NCBI GenBank assembly: GCA_049965555.1
Contig: JBMFWF010000001.1
Span: 8,895 to 72,894, forward strand
DNA: 64,000 bases
Origin: Candidatus Parvarchaeum sp.
GTDB lineage: Archaea > Nanobdellota > Nanobdellia > Parvarchaeales > Parvarchaeaceae
Direction: 5' to 3'
Part shown: in pieces, positions 44,852-54,697 of the stretch
Layout: the number at the start of each line of letters is the position of its first letter
Numbering within the stretch: position 1 is the stretch's first letter
Made by a program: the position numbers and the translations under genes
Notes under the pieces: model-generated
What the model was told of the DNA's origin: nothing
The model's input: only the letters and a program-made list of their open reading frames with translations
Databases searched by the model: none

Positions 44852-46219
44852 TCATGCAAATATTATGCCGATGAACAAAGCCAAGGTAAGTATTATTAGT
44901 ATGGATTCCTTTATCCTCTGCTCTTTTTTGATAGGCATTTGTTTTTTATTGCTTATTATCCTGTCAACAACATGCATTTCTGACAGTATGCTGAAGTAAT
45001 AAAAAGTAGAAACCAAAAGCGCGAAAAATGCAAGTATGACAAGCGCGAAGTATCCGCTGCTGAATAAAGCATAGAATATTAGAAGCTTTCCAAAGAACCC
45101 TATAGTAGGAGGGAAACCTGCAAGAGATAGTATACCTATGAAGAAAGCTACTGCCCCTACTCTTGAGACCTGTGTCATCGAACTGACTTCCTTCTTGTAA
45201 ATGACTTTTCTGTTCTCAAACATATCATATGCTAGAAACACTATTGCATCTGCGACAGCGAATGCAAAAATGTAGAAAATTGCTGCGTTTATCCCTTTTG
45301 TAGTAAGAACTGCTATGCTTATGAATGCAAACCCTGCCTGTGAAATACTTGAATAAGCAAGTATCCTCTTTATTCTATCCTGAACGGATGCAAGGAATGA
45401 GCTCAGAAATATAGTTATAATGGCTATCGAAAGGAAAAGCGCAGTAACAAACAATGATGAAACTGGAAGAGCGAAAAAGAAAATCCTTATCATTGCAATT
45501 AGTCCTGCGGCCTTGGATACGGATGAGATAAAGGCAGTTACAGAGCTTTTTGAAGCTTCATACGTGTCAGGCGCCCACATATGAAATGGAACAAGGGTTG
45601 ACTTGAAGCCCAGCCCAGCTATTACTACAGCGACGCCCGCAATGAAAGGAAGGTATGAAATCATATGCAAAGAAGAAAATGAGAGTGTGCCTGCACCTGC
45701 ATATATAAGGGAAATACCGAATATCAAGATTACCATAGAGATTATGCCGGTTGAAAGATATTTTAACGCGCCTTCGAGTGCATTTCCCGATTTATACATG
45801 TAAACTAGAGCATAAGTAGATATGGAAAGCATTTCTATAGAGATAAACAACGAGATAAGATTGCTTGATAAAACAACAAGGGTTGAACCAAGAACTGCAG
45901 AAAGGTATGATATATCGATTGCAACGCTGTGTTCATTTTTATCTGCTATTATGAAAAGGTATATGAAAAATGAGAGAAACAGCATGAACCCCGTCACAAA
46001 CTGGGAATACTGCACTTCAGAGAACAAATTTATGTTCATGTTTCCATATATGACATCAAAAATGAGCGCTAGGCCCAGGAAAGCGGCTGTTATGTAGTGC
46101 AAAAAGGCCTTTTTGCTGCTATTTAAACTATGCCTTAGAAAATCTAATAAGATAATAAGCAATATGCCGGAAAACAAGATGTATTGTGAATTTAGGTATT
46201 CCATTTTATAGCCCTCCAA
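44852..46219 (-). CDS. nuoN: NADH-quinone oxidoreductase subunit N
   Basis: About 14-TM antiporter-like protein, last in the J-K-L-M-N order. The alternative start MEYLN is at 46204. Confidence 0.7.
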   Translation of the reverse strand: MEGYKMEYLNSQYILFSGILLIILLDFLRHSLNSSKKAFLHYITAAFLGLALIFDVIYGNMNINLFSEVQYSQFVTGFMLFLSFFIYLFIIADKNEHSVAIDISYLSAVLGSTLVVLSSNLISLFISIEMLSISTYALVYMYKSGNALEGALKYLSTGIISMVILIFGISLIYAGAGTLSFSSLHMISYLPFIAGVAVVIAGLGFKSTLVPFHMWAPDTYEASKSSVTAFISSVSKAAGLIAMIRIFFFALPVSSLFVTALFLSIAIITIFLSSFLASVQDRIKRILAYSSISQAGFAFISIAVLTTKGINAAIFYIFAFAVADAIVFLAYDMFENRKVIYKKEVSSMTQVSRVGAVAFFIGILSLAGFPPTIGFFGKLLIFYALFSSGYFALVILAFFALLVSTFYYFSILSEMHVVDRIISNKKQMPIKKEQRIKESILIILTLALFIGIIFA

Positions 46220-47618
46220 GTGTACTTAAAAGCAATGAAGGGAATAGCCCTATCAAAAGAATGAAAAAAGAAAGGAAGAGCATGAAAAACAGCTCGTTTC
46301 TTGAAAGGTCTGTCAAGCCTGCAAAGGTCTTCTTCAACTGTCCAAATAAAGACTGCTTTATTACCCTCAGATAATAATTCGTAGACAGCATTATTCCGAA
46401 TATTGCTAAAAGCGATATACCGACAACCCCATAAGACCCTAAGAAAATGAGAAATTCTCCGGGAAAATTAGATAAACCCGGTACACCAAGACTTGCAAAT
46501 ATGCCAAAAACAAGAAAGAAGGAAAGCAGGGGCATCTTTGACATTAACCCCCCCATTCTTTCTGTCTCATTAGTGCCTGTCTTTTGCATAAGTATGTAAG
46601 AGATTCCAAACAGCATAGTTATTATGAATCCATGGCTTACCATTAAAAGAACCGATCCTGCGACTGCTAAATTTATGCCCGATGAAACACCAATAAAGAC
46701 CAAAGACATATAGAACATGCTCGAATACGAGAGAAGCTTTTTCAGATCTTTCTGGCCTGAAGCAGTAAATGCAATATAGATTGCAGTGAAAACGCCCAAA
46801 CCTATCAAAGGCAGCCTAAAGTCAAAAATCAAATTCCTGAAAAGTCCAAAGCCAAACAAAATAAACGCAAAACCTCCGAGTTTGGAAAGCATGCTAGACA
46901 AAAGCATTGTTCCTGAAGAAGGAGAATAATAATAAGAATCAAGAAGCCAGCCGTGAAGTGGGAAGATAGGCATCTTTATCATTACTGTTATTAATAAAAG
47001 GAAAAAGGACAGGTATTCTATGTAAGATGGCAAAAATGACATCCGGGATGCAATAACAAAAAAGTTGAAACTACCAGTGTAAAGGAAAAGAAGTATGAAG
47101 ACGGCTAATAATGTAAGGCTCCCAAATTGTGTGAACACCAGGAATTTCATCGCCGCTTTTCTGCCATTCTCACCGTTGCCCCATAGCCCGGTAATGAAGA
47201 AAAGTGAAAGAACTGCTGCTTCCCAGAAGATGAAGAACACTATCAAATTGGAAGAAACAAAAACAGATATAACAGAGATATACACTAGAAGATAAAAGAG
47301 ATAAAAGATGCTTTTGCTCTGCTTTATTTCCTTTGATGAAAAAAGAAGTATTGCGATAGGGATTGTTACTGCTATTAGAAGAAACGGTATGGTTATGAAA
47401 TTTTCCTGCAGTGAAAATGAAAAACTTATGCTGGGATTTATGTTTACATTGAAACTTGAAAAGCCAAAGATAAGGCCAACGACAAATACTACAGCATTAA
47501 CTAACATTGTCGAAAGAACTATTGTCTCGGATGAAGGCAGATTCCGGTAGAATCTTTTTAGTATGAGAAGCAATATACCTATTGCCGGCACCAAAAGAAG
47601 AAAAATTAAGTTTATCAT
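46206..47618 (-). CDS. nuoM: NADH-quinone oxidoreductase subunit M
   Basis: Antiporter-like multi-TM protein (..PLHGWLLDSY..) between the L-like and N-like genes. Confidence 0.7.
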   Translation of the reverse strand: MINLIFLLLVPAIGILLLILKRFYRNLPSSETIVLSTMLVNAVVFVVGLIFGFSSFNVNINPSISFSFSLQENFITIPFLLIAVTIPIAILLFSSKEIKQSKSIFYLFYLLVYISVISVFVSSNLIVFFIFWEAAVLSLFFITGLWGNGENGRKAAMKFLVFTQFGSLTLLAVFILLFLYTGSFNFFVIASRMSFLPSYIEYLSFFLLLITVMIKMPIFPLHGWLLDSYYYSPSSGTMLLSSMLSKLGGFAFILFGFGLFRNLIFDFRLPLIGLGVFTAIYIAFTASGQKDLKKLLSYSSMFYMSLVFIGVSSGINLAVAGSVLLMVSHGFIITMLFGISYILMQKTGTNETERMGGLMSKMPLLSFFLVFGIFASLGVPGLSNFPGEFLIFLGSYGVVGISLLAIFGIMLSTNYYLRVIKQSLFGQLKKTFAGLTDLSRNELFFMLFLSFFILLIGLFPSLLLSTLGGL

Positions 47619-49363
47619 ACGAAAATCACCGCTAAAAGGATAACCGCAGTAAGCCCTATTATTACTGCTGTTAAGTACCTAAATGCATCTCCATTTTGTA
47701 TCTCCCTTGTTTTTGAGGATAAAATAAAAGTTGATTCGGCAATTCTAGACATTGCATTTGAAAACATGAAATCAAACTTACCGACATAGAAACCAAAGGC
47801 AGAAATTGCATTACCTAATGCAATTATGAATTTCTCGTACCCATAATTTGCAACCCCTTCAGATATAGCTTTCATCATTTCCTTGAATTTTCTTGTTTTT
47901 CCTACATAAAAAATTTCATATGAGAAGAAGATACCTAGCAAAGAAGCTGCGAGAGCTATAAATGAAAACGCATCAAAAGAATATGCTATTTGTATTATGT
48001 TTTTGAAAAAGTAGAGGAAAACTCCGCCAACTGTGGATATTATTGAAAGCAGGATTATAGGCAAGAAAAGATTGAATTCCTTCTTAAGAGGTTTTCTTGT
48101 CTTGCTGCCGAATATTACAAAAAAGGCCCTAAAAGAAAAAAGAGCTGTTAAAAAGGCAACAAAAACAAATGCTATGTTTTCTAATAAATTAAAATTGTGG
48201 GTAAGTGCTGAATGCGCAAAAAAGCTCATAAAGGGAGGTATGGCAGAGATTGAGGCAAAGCCTATTAATGCAGGCACAGTAAACCAAGTGCCCCTTAATT
48301 TCTTTTTATTTAGCTGGTATATATCATAGGTACCAAAAACAATTGCAAGCCCTCCGCTTATGAAGAAAAGCATGGATTTGAAAACTGCATGCGTAAACAG
48401 GTAAAAAATAGCACCGCCGGCATTTAAAGTTCCTATCGCAAGGAACATGAAGGCAAGGCTTTCTATAGTTGAATATGCAAGTATCTTCTTGAAATGCCTT
48501 TCCTTTAAACCAAGCAGGGCGCTTGTAAAAGCAGTAATGAATCCTAAAATAACTATCAAGTTAAGAAGCCCTGCCGTGGATACCAATGGAAGAAGCCTTA
48601 CAAGAAGGTACGCTCCTGCTGCAACCATTGTTGCAGAATGAAGAAGGGAACTTACAGGGGTAGGGCCCTCCATTGCATCTATAAGCCAAGTATAGAATGG
48701 GAACTGCGCTGCCTTTGAAAGCCCTGCAATCGTAAAAAGGGAACCTGCAATTACTAATGCTGTTAAGGGAATGGAATGAATGGAATTCAAAATAGAAGAT
48801 ATTGAAAATGTCTTAAGCGCTGAAAAAATTACAATCAAACCTGCGAGGAAGGCAAGATCCCCTACCCTTGTTATTATAAGAGCCTTCTTGCTTGAAACGG
48901 CGGGGCCGTCTCTATCATACCAAAAGCCTATCAGAAGGTAGGAAGTTATGCCAACAAATTCCCAGAATATGAAGAATAGAAGCAGACTGTTCGACATAAC
49001 CAAACCTAGCATGGAGAATATGAAAAATGACATCTCTGCATAAAACCTTGCATGTCTCTCTTCTTTCATGTAAACTCCTGCAAACATCAAAACCATGATT
49101 GATATGAACGAAACAAGCAATGCCATAAAAAGGGTCAGGTTGTTTCCTATGAATGAAAGAGAGAAGGAGAAACTACTGAAAGAAAACCAAGTATAACTTT
49201 CTATTGTATTCTTATTGAAATATATAATAAAGAAGAAAATTGAAAGAACAAAAGAGATTACAGCGGCTGACAAAGAAATCAGCCAGCTTAAGTTCTTTCT
49301 TTCTCCCAATAATGGGATTAAAATTGCAGAGATTAAAAGCGGCAGGAGAATTAGATACAGCAT
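47615..49363 (-). CDS. nuoL: NADH-quinone oxidoreductase subunit L
   Basis: 582 aa. FIFWEFVGITSYLLIGFW and FPFYTWLIDAMEGPTPVSSLLHSATMV are NuoL/ND5 signatures. Confidence 0.8.
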   Translation of the reverse strand: MLYLILLPLLISAILIPLLGERKNLSWLISLSAAVISFVLSIFFFIIYFNKNTIESYTWFSFSSFSFSLSFIGNNLTLFMALLVSFISIMVLMFAGVYMKEERHARFYAEMSFFIFSMLGLVMSNSLLLFFIFWEFVGITSYLLIGFWYDRDGPAVSSKKALIITRVGDLAFLAGLIVIFSALKTFSISSILNSIHSIPLTALVIAGSLFTIAGLSKAAQFPFYTWLIDAMEGPTPVSSLLHSATMVAAGAYLLVRLLPLVSTAGLLNLIVILGFITAFTSALLGLKERHFKKILAYSTIESLAFMFLAIGTLNAGGAIFYLFTHAVFKSMLFFISGGLAIVFGTYDIYQLNKKKLRGTWFTVPALIGFASISAIPPFMSFFAHSALTHNFNLLENIAFVFVAFLTALFSFRAFFVIFGSKTRKPLKKEFNLFLPIILLSIISTVGGVFLYFFKNIIQIAYSFDAFSFIALAASLLGIFFSYEIFYVGKTRKFKEMMKAISEGVANYGYEKFIIALGNAISAFGFYVGKFDFMFSNAMSRIAESTFILSSKTREIQNGDAFRYLTAVIIGLTAVILLAVIFV

Positions 49364-49364
49364 A

Positions 49365-49667
49365 TCAACCTCTGTACCTCCCTAACTTTGATATAGAAAG
49401 CGAGCCCGTCCTTCTTGAAAAGACTACCATCAATGCTATGAAAACCACTGTTTCAAATACTATCATTATCAGAGTTATTAAGGCATAGCTTACTCCATTT
49501 AGGGCCGAATAAAAATTGGCAGCTGATATGAAATTTATTATGGCCGCATTGACTATTATCTCTGAGGATATGATTATGGAGATTCCCTCTCTCCTTGAAA
49601 GTATTCCATATATCCCTATAACGAAAAGTATGCTAGTAAGCAGCAGGAAATAATTCTCAGGTATCAT
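49365..49667 (-). CDS. nuoK: NADH-quinone oxidoreductase subunit K
   Basis: 100-aa 3-TM protein directly upstream of nuoL. Confidence 0.7.
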   Translation of the reverse strand: MIPENYFLLLTSILFVIGIYGILSRREGISIIISSEIIVNAAIINFISAANFYSALNGVSYALITLIMIVFETVVFIALMVVFSRRTGSLSISKLGRYRG

Positions 49668-50140
49668 ATCTTCTCACCTCTACTTATTATGTATATTGTC
49701 GAAAATATGCTGGCGATTGCAGTGAATGCCAGTACGAATAGGAGGCCGGAATAATTTTGGAAGAAATAAGCTCCAAAATTAGCATAGTTTAAGGCATTGG
49801 GATATTGTGAAGACGGCATTTTAAGCAACAGAAATGAGGTTACTGCCAGTATTATTATTGGAAGAGAGAATGCGAGCTTTGAGTTTATCTTTTTAACTGC
49901 CCCCTCCGGCATTGAGCTTATCCCTATTGCAAGCAAAAGCACTATACCTCCGTTGTATATTATAAGCTCTGCTATTCCAAGAAATACTGCATTTAAGTAA
50001 AGTATCATTGCAGTTACAGATATAACAAACATGAACATGTAGAGAAGAGAATGTATTAGATTCTTTGTAGAAACCATAAGGATTGCAGTAACTATAAGCA
50101 ATCCAGAGATTATCAAAAATCCAATGCTTCCCAAATCCAT
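49664..50140 (-). CDS. nuoJ: NADH-quinone oxidoreductase subunit J
   Basis: About 158-aa 5-TM protein upstream of nuoK (4-nt overlap). Start taken at MDLGSIGF (50140). Confidence 0.6.
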   Translation of the reverse strand: MDLGSIGFLIISGLLIVTAILMVSTKNLIHSLLYMFMFVISVTAMILYLNAVFLGIAELIIYNGGIVLLLAIGISSMPEGAVKKINSKLAFSLPIIILAVTSFLLLKMPSSQYPNALNYANFGAYFFQNYSGLLFVLAFTAIASIFSTIYIISRGEKI

Positions 50141-50232
50141 TAAAGTAGATAAGAGTTTTATAAATAAATAAGTGGTTTTTGGGTGTAAACAAAAAAACAC
50201 TCAAAAACTGCAAATAATACTTATTTATTTAA

Positions 50233-51117
50233 ATGAAATCATATATTTTTATGATTGGATTCAGCATAAAGAACTACGAGAAAGAGTTCGATACTCAGGA
50301 ATTGGAAAAAAAGCATGTGTTCTATGACCTTTATATAAAAAGCGATGATCCACAGGTACTTAGGAACCAAGTATCAGAGTACATGACTGACATGGACTAT
50401 AAGATACTGCTCAATGAACTTGCGAAATTCGATGATAATGAACTTGAAGAGACCTTTAGAGGAGGAAATGTCAAACCCATAAGGGCGCTTATTAAAAGCG
50501 CAAAGGACAATAAGAAAGGCTCGAAATACCCGATAGCATGGAAGACCTGCCTTATACTTGGAATAATCTTACTGGTAGTTCTCCTTGTTTCTTATAGGTC
50601 AAATATATACACAAATATAACTCATTTCAGTTATTCTGCTTCTGCACTTGTCCTTTATGGGATGATAGCATTTTTTGTATTATCACTTATGTTCTTTGAA
50701 ATAAAGAAGATAGTGCCGATATTTCTTTGGGCAAAGATAATAGGAGTCTATGATCCAACTGAGGAATCGGCCAATGTAAGAGTAGTTTTAGCAGGAGACT
50801 GCAAATTCAAGGATAAAGATTCATATTCTAAACTTGAAGGAGATATGACAGAGATGTATAGCGAACTTTCTAGAAAATACGGCAATAAATTGGACAAAAG
50901 ACAGCTTGCAAACAGCGTTTCAAGCAGCCTTTCTATGGGTCCGCAGGGTTCCACAAAACTAAACAATAAATTAAGGGATATAGAAAAGGAATCGGCAGAC
51001 TTGGAGAGAAATTTCGTTGCAGGCAAGATAAGTGAGGATGAATACAAGAAAATGAAAGCCCAAATAGAGGCTAAAAGACAACAGCTTGATACACTATTTG
51101 ACTTAATAAACGGTTGA
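50233..51117 (+). CDS. Membrane protein with a SHOCT-like C-terminal helix
   Basis: Two central TM helices. C-terminal GKISEDEYKKMKAQIEAKRQQL resembles the SHOCT motif. Confidence 0.4.
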   Translation: MKSYIFMIGFSIKNYEKEFDTQELEKKHVFYDLYIKSDDPQVLRNQVSEYMTDMDYKILLNELAKFDDNELEETFRGGNVKPIRALIKSAKDNKKGSKYPIAWKTCLILGIILLVVLLVSYRSNIYTNITHFSYSASALVLYGMIAFFVLSLMFFEIKKIVPIFLWAKIIGVYDPTEESANVRVVLAGDCKFKDKDSYSKLEGDMTEMYSELSRKYGNKLDKRQLANSVSSSLSMGPQGSTKLNNKLRDIEKESADLERNFVAGKISEDEYKKMKAQIEAKRQQLDTLFDLING

Positions 51118-51188
51118 AGGCATTCCCTTTAAAACGGTTTTTGACAGCGGCTTATTTTTTAGATAATTAATGATTAATATCTAGATTT

Positions 51189-51359
51189 TCACTTCTTAGA
51201 GGATGATAACTCTTTCTTCCTAAGCTCATTCTTCAGCTGAGCGACTTTCTTCTTCAAATGCCTGTACTTACCAGCATCAGCTGGCTGGAGCCCCTGCGTC
51301 TTCTTTATGTTCATTTTCAGAAGTTCCATTTCCAAGTCCTTCAGATTCTCTTCCATCAT
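51189..51359 (-). CDS. rpl29: 50S ribosomal protein L29 (short; absent from the ORF track)
   Basis: Hand translation: MMEENLKDLEMELLKMNIKKTQGLQPADAGKYRHLKKKVAQLKNELRKKELSSSKK. L29-like two-helix pattern in the conserved position after S3. Overlaps the S3 3' end by 83 nt in another frame. Confidence 0.6.
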   Translation of the reverse strand: MMEENLKDLEMELLKMNIKKTQGLQPADAGKYRHLKKKVAQLKNELRKKELSSSKK

Positions 51360-51948
51360 TTATTTTCACTCCTCCTATGTTTTCAGTAGGCACGACAATT
51401 GTAACTTTTATACCTATCGAGCCCCTTTTTAGCACTAACTGTTTTTTTGCGCTTCTAACCCCGAAAAACTCGACCTGTCCGGTCTTTGGCATGACGCTAC
51501 CTGTAGGCCTAAACTTAAAATGCGCTGCCCTCTCCTTTATAACCCCTCCTATCTCTATTTCTACTCCTTTCGCACCTGCAGCCATTATGCTATCCATCGC
51601 CTTGTGAGCAACTACTTTGTATTTCATTGGACCGTACTTGGCTATCTTAAAAGCTATTGAATCAGCGACTATTGCAGGGTCCAGATTCGGATTCTGTGAA
51701 CCTTCAACCTCTATTCTAGGGGATTCCTGATTGAAATATTCTCCAAGCTCCTTCGAGCTTTCCCTCAGTATCTGATTAGCTCTTGTTATTATTGCGCCTG
51801 GCTTTGGCGTTTTTATAACTATTTTCATGCCCAGAGGCGTTTTTTCTATCCTTATATCACTTATTCCAAATCTATTGAATTTCTTGAACAGGTATTCCCT
51901 AGCAGTCTCATCATTCACTTTGTTTGCGATTATCTTTTTTGGTAACAT
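51277..51948 (-). CDS. rps3: 30S ribosomal protein S3
   Basis: KH-domain N-terminus (GISDIRIEKTPLGMKIVIKTPKPG) and position after L22. Confidence 0.85.
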   Translation of the reverse strand: MLPKKIIANKVNDETAREYLFKKFNRFGISDIRIEKTPLGMKIVIKTPKPGAIITRANQILRESSKELGEYFNQESPRIEVEGSQNPNLDPAIVADSIAFKIAKYGPMKYKVVAHKAMDSIMAAGAKGVEIEIGGVIKERAAHFKFRPTGSVMPKTGQVEFFGVRSAKKQLVLKRGSIGIKVTIVVPTENIGGVKINDGRESEGLGNGTSENEHKEDAGAPAS

Positions 51949-51949
51949 A

Positions 51950-52534
51950 TCATTGCTCCGCCTTTAAATCATTGCTTTCTGTGCTTTTATTACTTTCTTG
52001 CTTTGATTCTTCTTCTTTTTTCTCTTCTGCAGGCTTTTGCGCCTTTTTGTCTACAGCATCTTTTACAGATTCTTCGGCAGCAGAGCTCTCGACTTTGTTG
52101 TCTGTACTGGCCTGCTTCTTCTCTGGTGCCTTCCTTTCCTGATCGACTAAGGAATAAATAGTTAGATTTGTGCGTTTCCCGTGTCTATAAACGGTTCCGC
52201 TTGAAAACCTTGGATATCCTCCCCTTCCAAGAGAGTAACTACTTATCACTATCTTTGATTCATCTAACCCCATATTCTTTGCATTCGCTTTTAATTCTTC
52301 AAGCATTGAAATAACCTGCTTAGTTGCTTTCTGAGGGTAACCGGCTGGCACACCATGTTTGTGCCCTTTGCTTGGATATTTTCTGAATGGTATATAAGCC
52401 TCCTTTGCCAATACTTTTTTAAGTAGAGAGTTTGCCTTTGAAATCTGTTTGCCCTTAACTGCCTCCATTATCTCATGTGTATGCTTCAATGAGATAGGCA
52501 TTCCTTCCCTTTTGACCTGTACTTTAGTTACCAT
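51950..52534 (-). CDS. rpl22: 50S ribosomal protein L22 with a K/E/S-rich C-terminal tail
   Basis: Core ..HTHEIMEAVKGK...IPFRKY.KGHKHG.... About 45 extra low-complexity residues. Confidence 0.85.
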   Translation of the reverse strand: MVTKVQVKREGMPISLKHTHEIMEAVKGKQISKANSLLKKVLAKEAYIPFRKYPSKGHKHGVPAGYPQKATKQVISMLEELKANAKNMGLDESKIVISSYSLGRGGYPRFSSGTVYRHGKRTNLTIYSLVDQERKAPEKKQASTDNKVESSAAEESVKDAVDKKAQKPAEEKKEEESKQESNKSTESNDLKAEQ

Positions 52535-52536
52535 AT

Positions 52537-52923
52537 TTACTTAATAGGAACAAATCCGCTTGAACGTGTAGCTTTCATACCTGGCGAACCGTGCTTCACT
52601 TGTTTTGTTGTGAGAGCGAACTCTCCCAAACGATGAAAAACCATCGATGGTTTTATTTCCACCGGCACAAACTCCTTACCGTTGTGCACATGTATTGTAA
52701 GTCCGACAAAGTCCGGAAGTATGAACATCTCTCTCATGTGTGTCTTAATCGCTTTTGACTTTGCTGCCTTCTTTTTCATGTTAGCTAGAAATGCCTTCTC
52801 TTCAGGCGAGAAACCCCTTTTCATTGCCCTTCTAAAATCGGCATTTGCTATTTTTACAAGGTCTTCGCTTGACATCTTTTTAAGCTCTTCTATGCTTTTT
52901 CCTCTAAATTTATACTCTTCCAT
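52537..52923 (-). CDS. rps19: 30S ribosomal protein S19
   Basis: ..[34 protein letters not shown]. The start overlaps the L2 stop (TAATG). Confidence 0.9.
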   Translation of the reverse strand: MEEYKFRGKSIEELKKMSSEDLVKIANADFRRAMKRGFSPEEKAFLANMKKKAAKSKAIKTHMREMFILPDFVGLTIHVHNGKEFVPVEIKPSMVFHRLGEFALTTKQVKHGSPGMKATRSSGFVPIK

Positions 52924-53624
52924 TATCTTACACCTGTCCTCTTAGGGGCAATCGCTCCCACTTTTGCTCCTGGAGGAGAATTCCTAGCGGAGCTTTTAGA
53001 CTTATGCTGTGTACTCCTTCTCTTTCCTCCGAATTTATGCTCATAAGCATTCATTGCAACAGCAGCATTCATAGGCCAGTATCTGCTTCTGGCTTTTATA
53101 AGATGATACTTATTTCCTGCCTTATAAAACGGCTTTTCTTTTCTCCCGGCATTAGCTATCTTGCCTACAATTGCTCGGCAGTCCTGCTTTAATCGAAGAA
53201 TCTTTCCGCTTGAAAGCGAAATAGCAACTTCCTCTCCAGTGTTTTCCATTATCCTTGCACTGTTTCCGCCCGCTCTTATAAGTTTTCCCCCATCTCCTGC
53301 CTTCAATTCAATGTTGTAAACATTTGTTCCCGTTGGGATGTCGCCAAGCCTCAAAACTGAACCGTCTTTTATGCTATCTGTTTTCATGTAAGGGATTATA
53401 AGGCCTTCGTATGCACCAACAAAAGCAGGCAAAAAAGATTTTGAGCCATTCTCAAATTTTATTTCCATTAAAGGTGCAGTCCTGTATGGATCATGGATAA
53501 GCTTTGTTACCCTCGCATTCATTGGCTCAAGCGAGTTAGGAAGCTTTACCTTTCCTATAGCCTTGAAATCGTTGACTCTGAAAACTCTGCTCTTTCCCCT
53601 TCTTCTCGACCTTGGTACTTTCAT
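52923..53624 (-). CDS. rpl2: 50S ribosomal protein L2
   Basis: ..[10 protein letters not shown].., [22 protein letters not shown] and [11 protein letters not shown] are L2 signatures. Confidence 0.9.
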   Translation of the reverse strand: MKVPRSRRRGKSRVFRVNDFKAIGKVKLPNSLEPMNARVTKLIHDPYRTAPLMEIKFENGSKSFLPAFVGAYEGLIIPYMKTDSIKDGSVLRLGDIPTGTNVYNIELKAGDGGKLIRAGGNSARIMENTGEEVAISLSSGKILRLKQDCRAIVGKIANAGRKEKPFYKAGNKYHLIKARSRYWPMNAAVAMNAYEHKFGGKRRSTQHKSKSSARNSPPGAKVGAIAPKRTGVR

Positions 53625-53729
53625 AATTTCGAAATTATACTCTTTACTTATGTTTTTTACCTTTATATATATTTTTATGCCGGATAAAAACGAAATATAA
53701 TAAAAGGTAAGGTGTTTTATTCTTTAATA

Positions 53730-54383
53730 ATGAAAAATAATGCATTAAAGCTTTTCGGAAGCGAGATAATCCAAGAATCTAAAGGATTTGCAAGCCTTTG
53801 CAAAACTGGAAGAAGGTGGGAAGGAAAAGCGATTTTAGTAGTTCTCGATGCTTGCCTTGATAGCACGGGTCTAAACTATTTTACAGTAGTTGTGCCAAAA
53901 GTAAATTATTTTCGGGAAAAGTATGTAAAAACAGGCATCGTATCAAAATGCAGAGATTTTAAAAAGATGGACGAAAAAGAGTTGCTGTCTATCTTTAGGA
54001 ATAAAAGAGTATGGGGTGCAATGAAAGCGATATGCGAATTTATAGCGGAAAGAAGCGGATCTGGAAATGAAATGATAACGCTTAAAAAATGGGCTGAGAA
54101 TGCCGATCCTTTTAACTTTAAAAAAGACGAAATAGGCAGTGTAAAAGGCGTTGGCATAAACACGTTCCAATATCTAAGAATTCAGAGCGGGGTAGATGCT
54201 ATAATGCCAGATAAGATAATAATGAAATGGATAAGCAGTAACTTTAGAACCGTTAAAACGCCATATGAATGCATATCAGAAGGGGAAAGGATAAGCGAGG
54301 CCCTGGGCATGAGTAGAACGGAGCTATGCTGGGCCATCTGGATAAAGGAAAGCGGCGAATTAAAGCGCATAAAAGTAGAATAA
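53730..54383 (+). CDS. Hypothetical protein with a helix-hairpin-helix-like motif
   Basis: IGSVKGVGINTFQYL is HhH GhG-type. Start taken at ATG 53730 rather than GTG 53712. Confidence 0.35.
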   Translation: MKNNALKLFGSEIIQESKGFASLCKTGRRWEGKAILVVLDACLDSTGLNYFTVVVPKVNYFREKYVKTGIVSKCRDFKKMDEKELLSIFRNKRVWGAMKAICEFIAERSGSGNEMITLKKWAENADPFNFKKDEIGSVKGVGINTFQYLRIQSGVDAIMPDKIIMKWISSNFRTVKTPYECISEGERISEALGMSRTELCWAIWIKESGELKRIKVE

Positions 54384-54417
54384 AAACGTATATAAAACAG
54401 CAAAAACTTTTTCTCTT

Positions 54418-54696
54418 ATGGACATAAATAAGGTGAATTTCATAAAAAAATCGTTTATAAACTTTGAAGGCAAAACCGAGAAACTCCTAATATATAGAGA
54501 GAGCGGTGAAAGCAATTTCCATTTCGTTTTCAAATGTCCAAAATGTGGAAAAGAAAATGATTTTGAATCAGAATTAAAAACAGAGAAAGTAAGAGAAGAT
54601 GGAAAAATGAAAGAGAAATATGTTTTTAATTGCAGCAAATGCGGACAGGCTTATTCTGTAGAAAGGTTGAAGCCTCCACGCGTGCGCTCAAAATAA
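54418..54696 (+). CDS. Small zinc-ribbon protein
   Basis: CPKCGK...CSKCGQ. Confidence 0.5.
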   Translation: MDINKVNFIKKSFINFEGKTEKLLIYRESGESNFHFVFKCPKCGKENDFESELKTEKVREDGKMKEKYVFNCSKCGQAYSVERLKPPRVRSK

Positions 54697-54697
54697 T

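Noticed and set aside
44852-50140. Reading the membrane gene block as an Mrp-type Na+/H+ antiporter operon
   Set aside because: The order and sizes match nuoJ-K-L-M-N. No MrpB/E/F/G-like small subunits are present.
49893-50213. 106-aa alternative-frame ORF and the N-terminal extension of nuoJ to 50200
   Set aside because: The internal start MDLGSIGF (50140) gives a standard NuoJ. The extension is hydrophobic junk that reaches into the divergent promoter region.
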